A stretch of DNA of 64,000 nt from positions 64,001 to 128,000 of the forward strand of contig CAWDVE010000017.1 in the NCBI GenBank assembly GCA_963805625.1, in the 5' to 3' direction. The notes below the pieces were generated by a model that was not told where the DNA came from, did not search any database, and saw only the letters and a list, made by a program, of their open reading frames with translations. The DNA comes from an uncultured Candidatus Rokubacteria bacterium (GTDB taxonomy: Bacteria > Methylomirabilota > Methylomirabilia > Rokubacteriales > DASRDR01). Both the position numbers and the translations under genes were made by a program. Each line of letters begins with the position of its first letter. Within the stretch, counting starts at the first letter, position 1. Below are positions 1 to 10,283 of the stretch, in pieces.

Positions 1-4
1 TCAC

Positions 5-871
5 TTGAAGATGTTCTTCGGGTTTGATCGAGCCATCGCGATCACGTCAGACCGAATCGTGTCTTACATCAGACACCGCCAATCCGAGACAGCGGCCAAT
101 GCGACGATCAACCGGGAACTGGCCGCCCTCAAACGAATGTTCCGACTTGGCGAACGAGCTAGGAAGGTTGCCTATCGACCGTACATCGAGATGCTGCATG
201 AAGCCAATGTTCGAAAAGGCTTTCTGGAGTGGCCGGGATTTCAAGCGATCCTGGCCCACCTGTCCGTGGACCTTCGACCCGTATTCGAAGCCGCTTACAT
301 TACCGGGTGGCGCGTCAGGTCTGAACTGCTGACTCGACAGAAGACTCATGTCGATCTTGTGAACGGGTGGCTGCGATTGGAGCCGGGCGAGGGCAAGACT
401 GGGGAAGGGCGGCAGTTTCCGCTCACACCAGAACTTCGTGCCGTGTTGGAGCAGCAACTCGCCCGTACACGGGAGATGGAGATGGCAACCGGCCAAGTGA
501 CGCCGTGGGTGTTCCACCGCAATGGGGAACCGATCAAGAGTTACCGGAGGGCTTGGCGGAGCGCCTGCAAGAAGGCGGGGTTGCCGGACCGCATTCCCCA
601 TGACTTTCGGCGGACTGCGGTGCGGAATCTGGAGCGGGCTGGGGTCTCTCGCTCCGCGGCCATGAAGATGGTAGGGCATAAGACGCAGTCGATCTATTCA
701 CGGTACGCGATCGCGGACGAATCGATGTTGAAGGACGGCGCGGTGCGACTATCCACCCTCCACGCCCACGAAGTTGAGGCGGCGGAGCGCGCGAGGATGG
801 AGGGGGTGGTCGTGCCGATTACAACGGCGCGGTCACGATCGGGCAAAGTTCGGGCAAAGTCACGGGCCTGA
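5..871 (+). CDS. Tyrosine recombinase/integrase (probably 5'-truncated by window edge)
   Basis: Motifs TGWR (catalytic R), PHDFRRTAVRNL (HxxR), GHKT..IYSRY (H, Y); lower GC than flanks; adjacent to tRNA 3' end. Confidence 0.93.
   Translation: MKMFFGFDRAIAITSDRIVSYIRHRQSETAANATINRELAALKRMFRLGERARKVAYRPYIEMLHEANVRKGFLEWPGFQAILAHLSVDLRPVFEAAYITGWRVRSELLTRQKTHVDLVNGWLRLEPGEGKTGEGRQFPLTPELRAVLEQQLARTREMEMATGQVTPWVFHRNGEPIKSYRRAWRSACKKAGLPDRIPHDFRRTAVRNLERAGVSRSAAMKMVGHKTQSIYSRYAIADESMLKDGAVRLSTLHAHEVEAAERARMEGVVVPITTARSRSGKVRAKSRA
840..860 (+). repeat. Direct repeat CGGGCAAAGT x2, candidate integrase arm-type sites
   Basis: cgggcaaagt at 840-849 and 851-860 (11-bp period) near the presumed att site. 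Confidence 0.5.
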
Positions 872-907
872 CGGAGCGGACGATGGTGCGTAACTACCGA
901 AGAAAAA

Positions 908-983
908 TGGTGGACAGGGGGAGAATTGAACTCCCGACACCGGGATTTTCAGTCCCGTGCTCTACCAACTGAGCTACCTGTCC
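908..983 (-). tRNA. tRNA-Phe (GAA)
   Basis: Reverse complement GGACAGGTAGCTCAGTTGGTAGAGCACGGGACTGAAAATCCCGGTGTCGGGAGTTCAATTCTCCCCCTGTCCACCA: 76 nt cloverleaf, anticodon GAA, encoded CCA. Confidence 0.98.
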
Positions 984-1110
984 ACCGGGCGTGAGGACCC
1001 CCTGAAGCGCCCGTAACGTTACCAGACGGTCCGGCCAGTGTCCAGCAAGGGTGGCCTTGCTGCGGAGGCCTCGCGCCACCGGGTGGCCCGGCGTCCCGGC
1101 GGGCGTCCCG

Positions 1111-1380
1111 TCAGCGGCGCCGGAGCGCCACGTCCACGCGCGCGAGGAGCTCCTTCAGACTGAAGGGCTTCGCGATGTAGTCGGCGGCGCCGCCCTGCAG
1201 GCCCGACGGGATGTCCCGCTCCTGGCCGCACGCCGTGAGCATGATCACCGGGATCGCACGGACGTCGGGCTCGGCCTTGCGCACGCGCCCCGCCGCGTCG
1301 GCGGAGCGTTGGCCGTGCAGGATCTCGGCGTGGCAGCCCGGCCCGGCCTGCGCGCCCGGCCGGCCACGGGTCAGGACCAC
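1111..1380 (-). pseudogene. Degenerate response-regulator receiver domain remnant
   Basis: C-terminal half [27 protein letters not shown] is receiver-like; N-terminal half with the phospho-Asp is not recognisable. Confidence 0.65.
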
Positions 1381-1722
1381 CGCCGCGTCGCGGAACGCGG
1401 GATCGGCGCTCCATCGTGCAAGGAGCGGCGCCGCGTCCCCGTTCGACGAGGAGGCGCGGCCCGTCCTCGACCCTCAGGTAGAGCCGCCTGGCGATCGTGG
1501 CAAAGCGCGCGAGCTGCGCCTCCTGCTCGCCGGGGTCCAGGGATTCGCGCCGTACACGCAGATTGCGGCGTCCGGCGCGGCCGACCGCGTGCGCCCCCCG
1601 GGTGGGAGCGATCGGAACGCAGGCGAGCGCGCGGCCACCGAGCATGAGTGACGCGCCAAGCGCGCCGGGGGTGAGCTGCACGACGGAATACCTCCAGTTC
1701 CTGGAACTGCGAAGCGGGAACG

Positions 1723-1763
1723 GGCGACCAAGGCGGTCAAGGCGACCAAGACGGTCAAGGCGA
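1723..1763 (+). repeat. Short tandem repeat (18-bp unit, about 2.3 copies)
   Basis: ggcgaccaaggcggtcaa / ggcgaccaagacggtcaa / ggcga. Confidence 0.7.
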
Positions 1764-1932
1764 ATTGTGGCAAAGGGGATTCCGGAGACCGCGTTTTCGG
1801 GCGAGCGCCCCCGTCCCGGCTCGTAAGTGACGGTTACCCTCCGGCCCCCCTGGGCGTGTCCAGGCCGGTCGAGTAAGATGGTGCGCGCGGTCGCGAGCCG
1901 CGGGTGGAACGCTGCGAAGGAGGCCAATCTCA

Positions 1933-3729
1933 GTGGGTGAGCGCGTCGATCCGATCACCGTCTCGGTCATCCAGCATCGGCTCGAGGCCATCGTCCAGGA
2001 GATGGGCGAGGCGATGCTCCGCACCTCGTACTCCCAGATCCTCAACTCGAGCCGGGATTTCTCCACGGCTCTCTGTGACGCCGAGGGCCGGCTCGTGGCC
2101 CAGGCCGAGCACGTGCCGATCCACGTCGGCGCGATCCCGTGGGCTGTTCGGTCCGTGCAGGAGTTCTTCGGAGACCGGGTCCGGCCCGGAGACGTCTATC
2201 TCCTGAACGACCCGTATCATGGCAACAACCACCTACCTGACCTCACCGCCTTCGTGCCCGTCTTCGCCCAGCAGCGGCTCGTCTTCTGGTCGATCAACCG
2301 CTCTCACCAGAGCGACATCGGCGGCGCGACCCACGGCGCCTACAATCCCGGCGCGACCGAGATCTGGCAGGAAGGCCTCCGCATCACCCCGCTGTGCTTG
2401 TACGAGGCGGGGGTGGTGCGGGACGACGTGCTCAAGATGATCGCGACCAACGTCCGCCATCCGCGGGACTTTCAGGGGGACCTCGCCGCGATGATCGGCT
2501 CCGCCCGGGTGGGGGAGCGTCGGCTCCTCGCCCTTCTCGAGGACTACGGCGCCCCGACCGTCGGGCCGGCGATCGACACGATCCTCGACGGCGCCGAGCG
2601 CCAGGCGCGCGCCTGCATCGCGGCGTGGAAGGACGGCGTGTACCGGGGCGAAGCGGTGCTCGACGATGACGGCCACGGGTTCCGGGACATCTATATCCGG
2701 GCGAAGGTGACCAAGCGCGGGAGCGATCTCACGGTCGATCTCAGCGATTCCCATCCCCAGGTGATCGGCTTCGTGAACTCGTCCTACCCGAACATGCGGT
2801 CGGCCGTCGCCATGGCCCTCGCGTACCTGATCGACCCCGAGACGCCGAAGAACGACGGGACGTTCCGCCCGCTCACAGTGATCGCCAAGGCCGGCACGGT
2901 CGTGTGGGCGAATCCCCCGGCGCCGCTGACCCTCTGCACGAACCATTGCGCCCAGGAGATCGCCGAGTCGGTGATCAAGGCGCTGGCGCCCGCCTGCCCG
3001 ACGCGCGTCCTGGCGGGCTGGGGCCGGCGCTTCCGCATCGCGATCCAGGGCACGGACCCGCGGAGCGGGCGGCCGTTCATCTGGCACATGTTTCACGCGC
3101 GGCCGGGCGGCGGGGCCTCGCCGGCGGGCGACGGCTGGCCGACCGCAGGGGAGGGCCAGGCAGCCGGCGGCATCAAGTTCGGGAGCGTCGAGGTGACGGA
3201 GGTGCGCTTCCCTCTGTTCTTCGCGCGACACGAGTTCCGGCCGGACTCGGGTGGGGACGGGCAGTACCGTGGCGGCCCCGGTTCGATCCTCGAGCTCCAT
3301 GTGGAGATCGCGGAGCCCGCCCGCGCGAACACCGCGGGCGACGGCACGCGCCACGCGCCGTACGGGATCCTCGGCGGGCGGGACGGCCTGCCGCATCGCT
3401 ACCGGCTGCGCTCGCGCGGGCGCCGAGACCGGGTGCTCCGGACCAAGGAGGTCGGCGTCGTCGTCCGTCCGGGCGACGTGTTCCTCGTCGAGTCGGGGGG
3501 CGGCGGGGGCTACGGCGACCCGCGCCAGCGAGCGCCTGAGGCCCGCGCCTACGACCGGGAGAACGGCTTCGTCACACGCCGATCGGCCGCGACCTCGAAG
3601 GCGTCCCGCGGTGGGCGAGGGGCGTCGGCGAACGGCGCGCGCGCGCGGGTGGCGCCGGCGCGCGGGGCTGGGGCGACGACGGGACCCGCGCGTCGCAGTC
3701 GACGAATCGCCAAGCGAAAGGCGCGCTGA
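1933..3729 (+). CDS. Hydantoinase B/oxoprolinase family protein
   Basis: DPITVSVI..EMGEAMLRTSYS..RDFS, NDPYHGNNHLPD, HQSDIGG, PDSGGDGQYRGG, GGGGYGDP; GAAGGAGG RBS. Confidence 0.93.
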   Translation: MGERVDPITVSVIQHRLEAIVQEMGEAMLRTSYSQILNSSRDFSTALCDAEGRLVAQAEHVPIHVGAIPWAVRSVQEFFGDRVRPGDVYLLNDPYHGNNHLPDLTAFVPVFAQQRLVFWSINRSHQSDIGGATHGAYNPGATEIWQEGLRITPLCLYEAGVVRDDVLKMIATNVRHPRDFQGDLAAMIGSARVGERRLLALLEDYGAPTVGPAIDTILDGAERQARACIAAWKDGVYRGEAVLDDDGHGFRDIYIRAKVTKRGSDLTVDLSDSHPQVIGFVNSSYPNMRSAVAMALAYLIDPETPKNDGTFRPLTVIAKAGTVVWANPPAPLTLCTNHCAQEIAESVIKALAPACPTRVLAGWGRRFRIAIQGTDPRSGRPFIWHMFHARPGGGASPAGDGWPTAGEGQAAGGIKFGSVEVTEVRFPLFFARHEFRPDSGGDGQYRGGPGSILELHVEIAEPARANTAGDGTRHAPYGILGGRDGLPHRYRLRSRGRRDRVLRTKEVGVVVRPGDVFLVESGGGGGYGDPRQRAPEARAYDRENGFVTRRSAATSKASRGGRGASANGARARVAPARGAGATTGPARRSRRIAKRKAR

Positions 3730-3730
3730 C

Positions 3731-5773
3731 GTGTACCGGATCGGGATCGACGTCGGCGGCACCTTCACGGACCTGGTCGCAGTGGACGAGCGTGGACGCG
3801 TGACCCTCGCGAAGGCGGCCTCGACCCCGCAGGACCAGTCCGTCGGCGTCATGGAGGGGCTCAGCCTCCTGGCCGAGGCGCTCGGATGCGACCGGGCGGC
3901 CCTCCTCCGCGACACCGAGCGCATCGTCCACGGGACGACGGTCGCGACCAACGCCCTCCTCGAGCGCAAGGGGGCGCGGGTCGGGCTCCTCACGACCGCC
4001 GGCCACCGCGACGTAATCGAGATGCGGGAGGGGCTGAAGGACGACCGGTACAACCTCCGCATGGCGCCGCCGGAGCCGCTCGTGCCCCGCGCGCGGCGGC
4101 TCGGCATCCGCGAGCGCATGCGCGCCGACGGTCGGGTGGAGACGCCGCTCGATCCCCGCGCCCTCGACCGGGCCATCGCCGACCTCCGGCGCGCCGGTGT
4201 CGAGGCGGTGGCTGTCTGCTACCTGCATGCCTACCGGGACGCGCGGCACGAGCGGGCGACCGAGCGCGCCCTCCGCCGGGCGCTGCCGGGCGCCTACATC
4301 TCGCTCTCCTCGGAGGTCTTGCCCCAGATCAAGGAGTACGAGCGGGTCTGCACGACCGTCGTGAACGCCTACGTCGGGCCCGCGCTCGCGCGCTACCTCT
4401 CGCGGCTGGCCGAGCGTCTCATCCAGACCGGCTACGCTGGGCCCGTCCTCATCATCCAGTCCCACGGTGGCGTGGCCCCGATTGCCGACGCCGTGCGCCT
4501 CGCCGGCGGGGCGGTCCTGTCCGGACCCGCGGGTGGCGTGGCGGGGAGCCGCTACTGCGCGCGCCTCCTCGGCGAAGGTAATCTGATCCCCTTCGACATG
4601 GGTGGGACCAGCACCGACATCTCGCTCGTCGAGCACGGCGAGGCCCACCTCTCGCCGGACCGGGCGGTCGCGGGCCAGAAGGTAGCGCTCCCCAGCCTCG
4701 ACATCGTGTCGATTGGGGCGGGCGGCGGATCGATCGCCCGCGTGGACGCCGGCGGCACGCTCCGCGTCGGGCCGGAGAGCGCGGGCGCGGAGCCTGGCCC
4801 AGCGTGTTACGGCAAGGGCGGCACGGCCGCCACCGTGACGGACGCGAACCTGGTCCTAGGCTATCTCGATCCCGGGAACTTCCTGGGCGGCCGGACACAG
4901 CTCGACCCCGGTGCCGCGCAGCGGGCCGTGGACACGATCGCGGAGCGGCTCGGCACCGAGCGGATGGTTGCGGCCGAGGGCATCCACCGGGTCATCAACA
5001 CGGTGATGGCCGAGGGCATCCGTGTCGTGTCGGTGCGGCGGGGCGTCGATCCCCGGCGGTTCGCGCTGCTCGCCTTCGGCGGGGCCGCTGCCCTCCACGT
5101 GACCGACGTGGCCCGGCGTCTCGAGATCGGGCGCGTCGTCGTGCCGCGGGTCGCGGCCGTGCTCTCGGCCTGGGGGATGCTGGCCACCGACCTCCGGTAC
5201 GAGGCGGTGCGGACCCACATCGGCGACGCGCGCCGGGTCGGCGCGGCGCAGCTCCGCCAGGTGTTCGCCGCGATGGAGACCGAGGGGCGGCGGCGCCTGG
5301 CCGAGGCCTTCTCGGGGCCGGTGCGCATCCAGCGTGCCGTGGACATGCGCTACGGCGAGCAGATCTTCGAGGTCAACGTCTCGCTGGGGGACGTCGACCT
5401 CGAGGCGCCCGACGCGATGGCGGAGATCGTCGGGCGCTTCCACAAGCGTCACGAGGAGCTGTACACCTACGCGGCGCCGGACCAGGAAGTCGTCCTCGTC
5501 AACGCGCGCCTGGCGGTGGTGGGGGAGCTGCCGGCTTTGCCCGAGGAGCCCGCGCTTCCCGCGCGGCCCCCCGCGGCGCCCCGCAGCCGGCGGCGCATCT
5601 ACCTAGACGACTGGCGCGAGGTACCGGTCTATGATCTCGACGCGGTGGCACCGGGGCAGGTGATAGCAGGCCCCGCGATCATCGAGGCGGCGACGACGAC
5701 GGCGCTCCTGCGCGCCGGCGAGCGAGCGACCGTGACCCCCCTCGGCTGGCTCGAGATCCGCGTCGCATCGTGA
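3731..5773 (+). CDS. Hydantoinase A/oxoprolinase family protein
   Basis: GTG start; YRIGIDVGGTFTD, HGTTVATNALLE, SGPAGG, DMGGTSTD, GAGGGS, PGPACYG. Confidence 0.94.
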   Translation: MYRIGIDVGGTFTDLVAVDERGRVTLAKAASTPQDQSVGVMEGLSLLAEALGCDRAALLRDTERIVHGTTVATNALLERKGARVGLLTTAGHRDVIEMREGLKDDRYNLRMAPPEPLVPRARRLGIRERMRADGRVETPLDPRALDRAIADLRRAGVEAVAVCYLHAYRDARHERATERALRRALPGAYISLSSEVLPQIKEYERVCTTVVNAYVGPALARYLSRLAERLIQTGYAGPVLIIQSHGGVAPIADAVRLAGGAVLSGPAGGVAGSRYCARLLGEGNLIPFDMGGTSTDISLVEHGEAHLSPDRAVAGQKVALPSLDIVSIGAGGGSIARVDAGGTLRVGPESAGAEPGPACYGKGGTAATVTDANLVLGYLDPGNFLGGRTQLDPGAAQRAVDTIAERLGTERMVAAEGIHRVINTVMAEGIRVVSVRRGVDPRRFALLAFGGAAALHVTDVARRLEIGRVVVPRVAAVLSAWGMLATDLRYEAVRTHIGDARRVGAAQLRQVFAAMETEGRRRLAEAFSGPVRIQRAVDMRYGEQIFEVNVSLGDVDLEAPDAMAEIVGRFHKRHEELYTYAAPDQEVVLVNARLAVVGELPALPEEPALPARPPAAPRSRRRIYLDDWREVPVYDLDAVAPGQVIAGPAIIEAATTTALLRAGERATVTPLGWLEIRVAS

Positions 5774-5842
5774 TTCCACCGCGGATCCTGTCGCCGGCGC
5801 AGCCCCATGCGCCTCGCCGACCCCCGATGAACGGAGGCTAGG

Positions 5843-7162
5843 ATGGGCACGAAGTTCGACGATCCCGGGTCTCAGTCCCGCGCCTTGTTCGAGCGGGCGC
5901 GGCAGGTCATCCCGGGCGGGACCTCCAAGGCGAACTTCCACGTCCGCCCGCACCCGTTCTACCTTGCCGAGGGGCGTGGCTGCCGCGCGACCGACGTCGA
6001 CGGGGTCGAGCGGATCGACGCCATCAACAACTTCACGGCGCTAATCCACGGTCACGCCTTCCCCCCGCTCGTCGACGCGGTCAGCCGACAGCTCTCGCGC
6101 GGCACGGCCTTCGCTGCATCCACGCCCGAGGAGGTCGCCCTCGCCGAGCTCCTCGTCGAGCGGGTGGCGGGTCTCGAGCGGGTCCGCTTCGGCAACTCCG
6201 GCACCGAGGCGGTGATGATGGCCATCAAGGCGGCGCGGGCCTACACGGGCCGCGACCGCATCGCCAAGTTCGAGGGGGCGTATCACGGCTACTACGACGA
6301 CGTCCAGGTGAGCTACAGCTCGCGGCCGGACGACTGGGGGCCGGACGACGCGCCGGCCAGCGTGCCCTCCTCGGGCGGCGTGCCCAAGCACCGCGTGCTC
6401 GAGACGCTAGTCCTGCCCTGGAACGATCCTGACGCCTGCGAGCGGCTGGTGACGCGCCACGCTTCCGAGCTGGCGGCGGTGCTCGTGGATCCCCTGTCGA
6501 ACCGCATGGGGTTCATCCCCCCCGCGGACGGGTTCCTCGCGTTCCTCCGACAGCTCACCCGGCAGCACGGGGTCCTCCTCGTCTTCGACGAGATCATCTC
6601 GTTCCGCGTCGGCTACCACGGCGCCCAGGGCCGCTACGGCGGGGATCCGGATCTGACCGCCTTTGGCAAGATCATCGGCGGTGGGTTCCCCGTCGGCGCC
6701 ACGGGCGGCCGCGCCAAGGTGATGGAGGTGTTCGATCCCGGAACGCGGGGGCCGCGAATCGCCTCCGGGGGGACGTTCAGCGCCAACCCCGTCAGCATGA
6801 CGGGCGGGCTCGCGACGATGCGGGCGATGACGCCCGCGGCATTCGATCGCCTGGACGCGCTCGGGGCCCGGCTGCGCGCGCGGCTCGGTGAGGTCTTCCG
6901 TGACGCCGGCGTGCCCGGCCAGGTGACCGGCGAGGGCTCCCTGTTCCGGCTCCTCTTCACCGACCGGCCGCTCCGCAGCTACCGCGACCTCGACCAGGCG
7001 GCCGAGGCGCGCATGGAGCGACTCTTCCTCGCGCTTCTCGATGCGGGCGTGCTGGTCCACACGACGGGGCTCGGCTGCCTCTCGACCCCGATGGGCGACC
7101 GCGAGGTCGAGGAGATCGCGGGGGCCGCCGAGCGAGCGCTCGGAGCCGTCGGCCGCGGCTGA
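5843..7162 (+). CDS. Class III PLP aminotransferase (glutamate-1-semialdehyde aminomutase-like)
   Basis: NSGTEAVM, KFEGAYHG, LVFDEII, PDLTAFGKIIGGGFP, GGTFSANP. Confidence 0.9.
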   Translation: MGTKFDDPGSQSRALFERARQVIPGGTSKANFHVRPHPFYLAEGRGCRATDVDGVERIDAINNFTALIHGHAFPPLVDAVSRQLSRGTAFAASTPEEVALAELLVERVAGLERVRFGNSGTEAVMMAIKAARAYTGRDRIAKFEGAYHGYYDDVQVSYSSRPDDWGPDDAPASVPSSGGVPKHRVLETLVLPWNDPDACERLVTRHASELAAVLVDPLSNRMGFIPPADGFLAFLRQLTRQHGVLLVFDEIISFRVGYHGAQGRYGGDPDLTAFGKIIGGGFPVGATGGRAKVMEVFDPGTRGPRIASGGTFSANPVSMTGGLATMRAMTPAAFDRLDALGARLRARLGEVFRDAGVPGQVTGEGSLFRLLFTDRPLRSYRDLDQAAEARMERLFLALLDAGVLVHTTGLGCLSTPMGDREVEEIAGAAERALGAVGRG

Positions 7163-7217
7163 CCGCGGGCCGCCAGACCAGTCCCGCGGGCGCTCGATGC
7201 TGCGGTCCGACGCGACC

Positions 7218-7493
7218 ATGGGGCGCCTGGTGCAATCCCGCCCCGTTCGCCTCGCCGTGATCGTCCTCGTGGGAGCGGTGCTCCGACTCTGGGGCATCCT
7301 CCACGGCCTGGCCGACGGGCTCCTCTATCACGCACGACGCGCACCTCGCGGTCTTCAGCGCCTGGCACCTCTACCTCGGGGGGCCACTCCGGGCTGCCAG
7401 GTTCGGCGCGGCGCACGGGGTCCTCACCTGGCTCGCGCTGGAAGCGACCGACCTCGTGGGGGCGGGGAGTGGCTCCGGGCGCTCGGCAGCTGA
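7218..7493 (+). pseudogene. Truncated, frameshifted membrane glycosyltransferase (GT39/ArnT-like) N-terminus
   Basis: LAVIVLVGAVLRLWGILHGLADGLLYH resembles the LRLWG...YHPDE start of lipid-carrier glycosyltransferases; frame breaks after YH. Confidence 0.5.
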
Positions 7494-8483
<990 letters not shown>

Positions 8484-8511
8484 CGGGCGCCCACCGCCAG
8501 AGGAGCCGGGT

Positions 8512-10277
8512 GTGTGCGGGATCGCGGGTCGCCTGAACTTCCGCACCGGGGCGCCGGTGGACCCCGGCATCCTGGACGGCATGGGCGACCTCCTCGCCCA
8601 CCGGGGCCCCGACGGCGAGGGGTCTGGCACCAGGAGGCCGTCGGCCTCGCCCACCGCCGGCTGGCCATCGTCGACCTCAGCGACGCCGCGCGCCAGCCGA
8701 CGACGGGCGAGGATCCGCGCGTGCGGGTCATCTACAACGGGGAGATCTACAGCTTCCGGGAGCTGCGGATCGAGTTGGAATCGCGGGGACAGCGGTTCCG
8801 CACGCGGTCCGACACCGAGGTACTGCTCGCGGCCTACGCCGCCACCTTCCTTCGAGGCACGGCCGGACGTGACAGCGCTGTCCGACTACCTCACATGCCA
8901 CTACGTGCCCGCTCCCGGGTCGGCGTTCGCCGGCGTCCGGCGGGTCCCGCCGGCCCACTACCTGGTGGCGGAGGACGGCCAGATGCGCTTCGAGCGCTAC
9001 TGGCGCCTCCGCCACCAGCCGAAGCGCCAGCTGTCGGAGGCAGACGCGGCGGCGGAGCTCCTGGCGCGCCTCCGGGACGCCGTGCGCTGCCGGCTCGTCG
9101 CCAACGTCCCGCTCGGGGCGTTCCTGAGTGGAGGGATCGACTCGAGGACCGTCGTGGCGCTCATGTCCCAGGCCGGTGCGGCCTCGGTCAGGACCTTCTC
9201 GATCGGCTTCGAGGAGCGGGAGTACGACGAGCTGCCGTACGCGCGGCTGGTGGCACGCCGATACGGTACGGACCACTACGAGTTCGTCGTCCGGCCGGAG
9301 GCGGTCGACATCCTTCCCCGGCTGGTCTGGCACTACAACGAGCCCTATGCGGACTCGTCGGCGATTCCGACGTTGTACCTGGCCGAGCTCATCCGGCGTC
9401 ACGTGACCGTCGCGCTGAACGGCGACTGCGGAGACGAGAACCTCGCCGGGTCCCCTCGCCACCTGGCGGGTCGGCTCGCCGAGCGCTACGCGGGTCTCGC
9501 CCGCCCCTCCAGCGGCCACTCGCGACGCTGCTCGCAGCCCTTCCCGCGCCGGGGCGCGGGATGACCTACGCGCGCTGGTTCCTCGCAGGGTCCGGCGAGC
9601 CGCCCGCCCGTCGCTACGCGGGCTGGGCGAGCCACCTCGATCCGGCATTGAAGTGGGAGCTCACGACCGAGGAGTTTCGCCGGGCGGCGGGTGACCACGA
9701 CTCTCTCGAGCATCTGACGGAGGCGTTCCGCGAGACCGACGGGGCCGATCTGCTCGATGCCACGCTCGCGGGCGACGTTGAGACCTGCCTGCCCGACGAC
9801 CTGCTCGTCAAGGTCGACATCGCGACCATGGCGCACCGGCTCGAGGGGCGCTCGCCCTTTCTCGACCACGACGTCATGGAGTTCTGCGCCAGCCTGCCGT
9901 CCGATCTGAAGCTCCGGGGGCTCACGACGAAGTACCTCCTGAAGCGAGCGGTGCGCGAGCTCCTGCCGGCCCCGGTGGTCGACCGGCCCAAGCAGGGATT
10001 CGGCGTGCCGATCGACCGCTGGCTCCGCGGGGAGCTTCGCACCATGGTCCACGACGTCTTGCTGGACGCCCGGACGCTTCGGCGTGGCTACTTTCACGAG
10101 CCCGTCGTGCGCCGCCTGCTCGACGAGCACGGGCACGGCGTGCGGGGATGGCACTCCCAGCTGTGGAGCCTCCTCGTGCTGGAGCTCTGGCACCGGATGT
10201 TCGTGGACCGGCTCCCCGAGGCGGGGTCCCCCCTCGCCTCGGCCGCAGCCCGCGGGGCCGCGACCGCGGTGCCCTGA
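8512..10277 (+). pseudogene. asnB: Asparagine synthase (glutamine-hydrolysing) family amidotransferase, disrupted
   Basis: (M)CGIAG, HRGPD, HRRLAIVDLS, YNGEIY, SDTEVLL, FLSGGIDS, EPYADSS, LLVKVDIATMAH, PKQGF are spread over two alternating frames (shifts near 8620, 8845, 9505), with an internal deletion. Confidence 0.88.
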
Positions 10278-10283
10278 CGCCCA

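Larger units (their letters stand above)
1..907. mobile_element. Right end of a prophage/integrative element inserted at tRNA-Phe
   Basis: Integrase ends 36 bp from the tRNA-Phe CCA end; composition shifts at about 900; element continues left of the window. Confidence 0.75.

Noticed and set aside
1723-1763. Tandem repeat as a possible CRISPR remnant
   Set aside because: No spacers, only about 2 units, and no cas genes
1765-1800. Sigma54 promoter or c-di-GMP riboswitch at TGGCAAAG
   Set aside because: No GC at the -12 position and the riboswitch second stem is absent
5843-7162. Calling the aminotransferase hemL
   Set aside because: N-terminus reads IPGGTSK rather than PGGVNSPVR, and the context is catabolic
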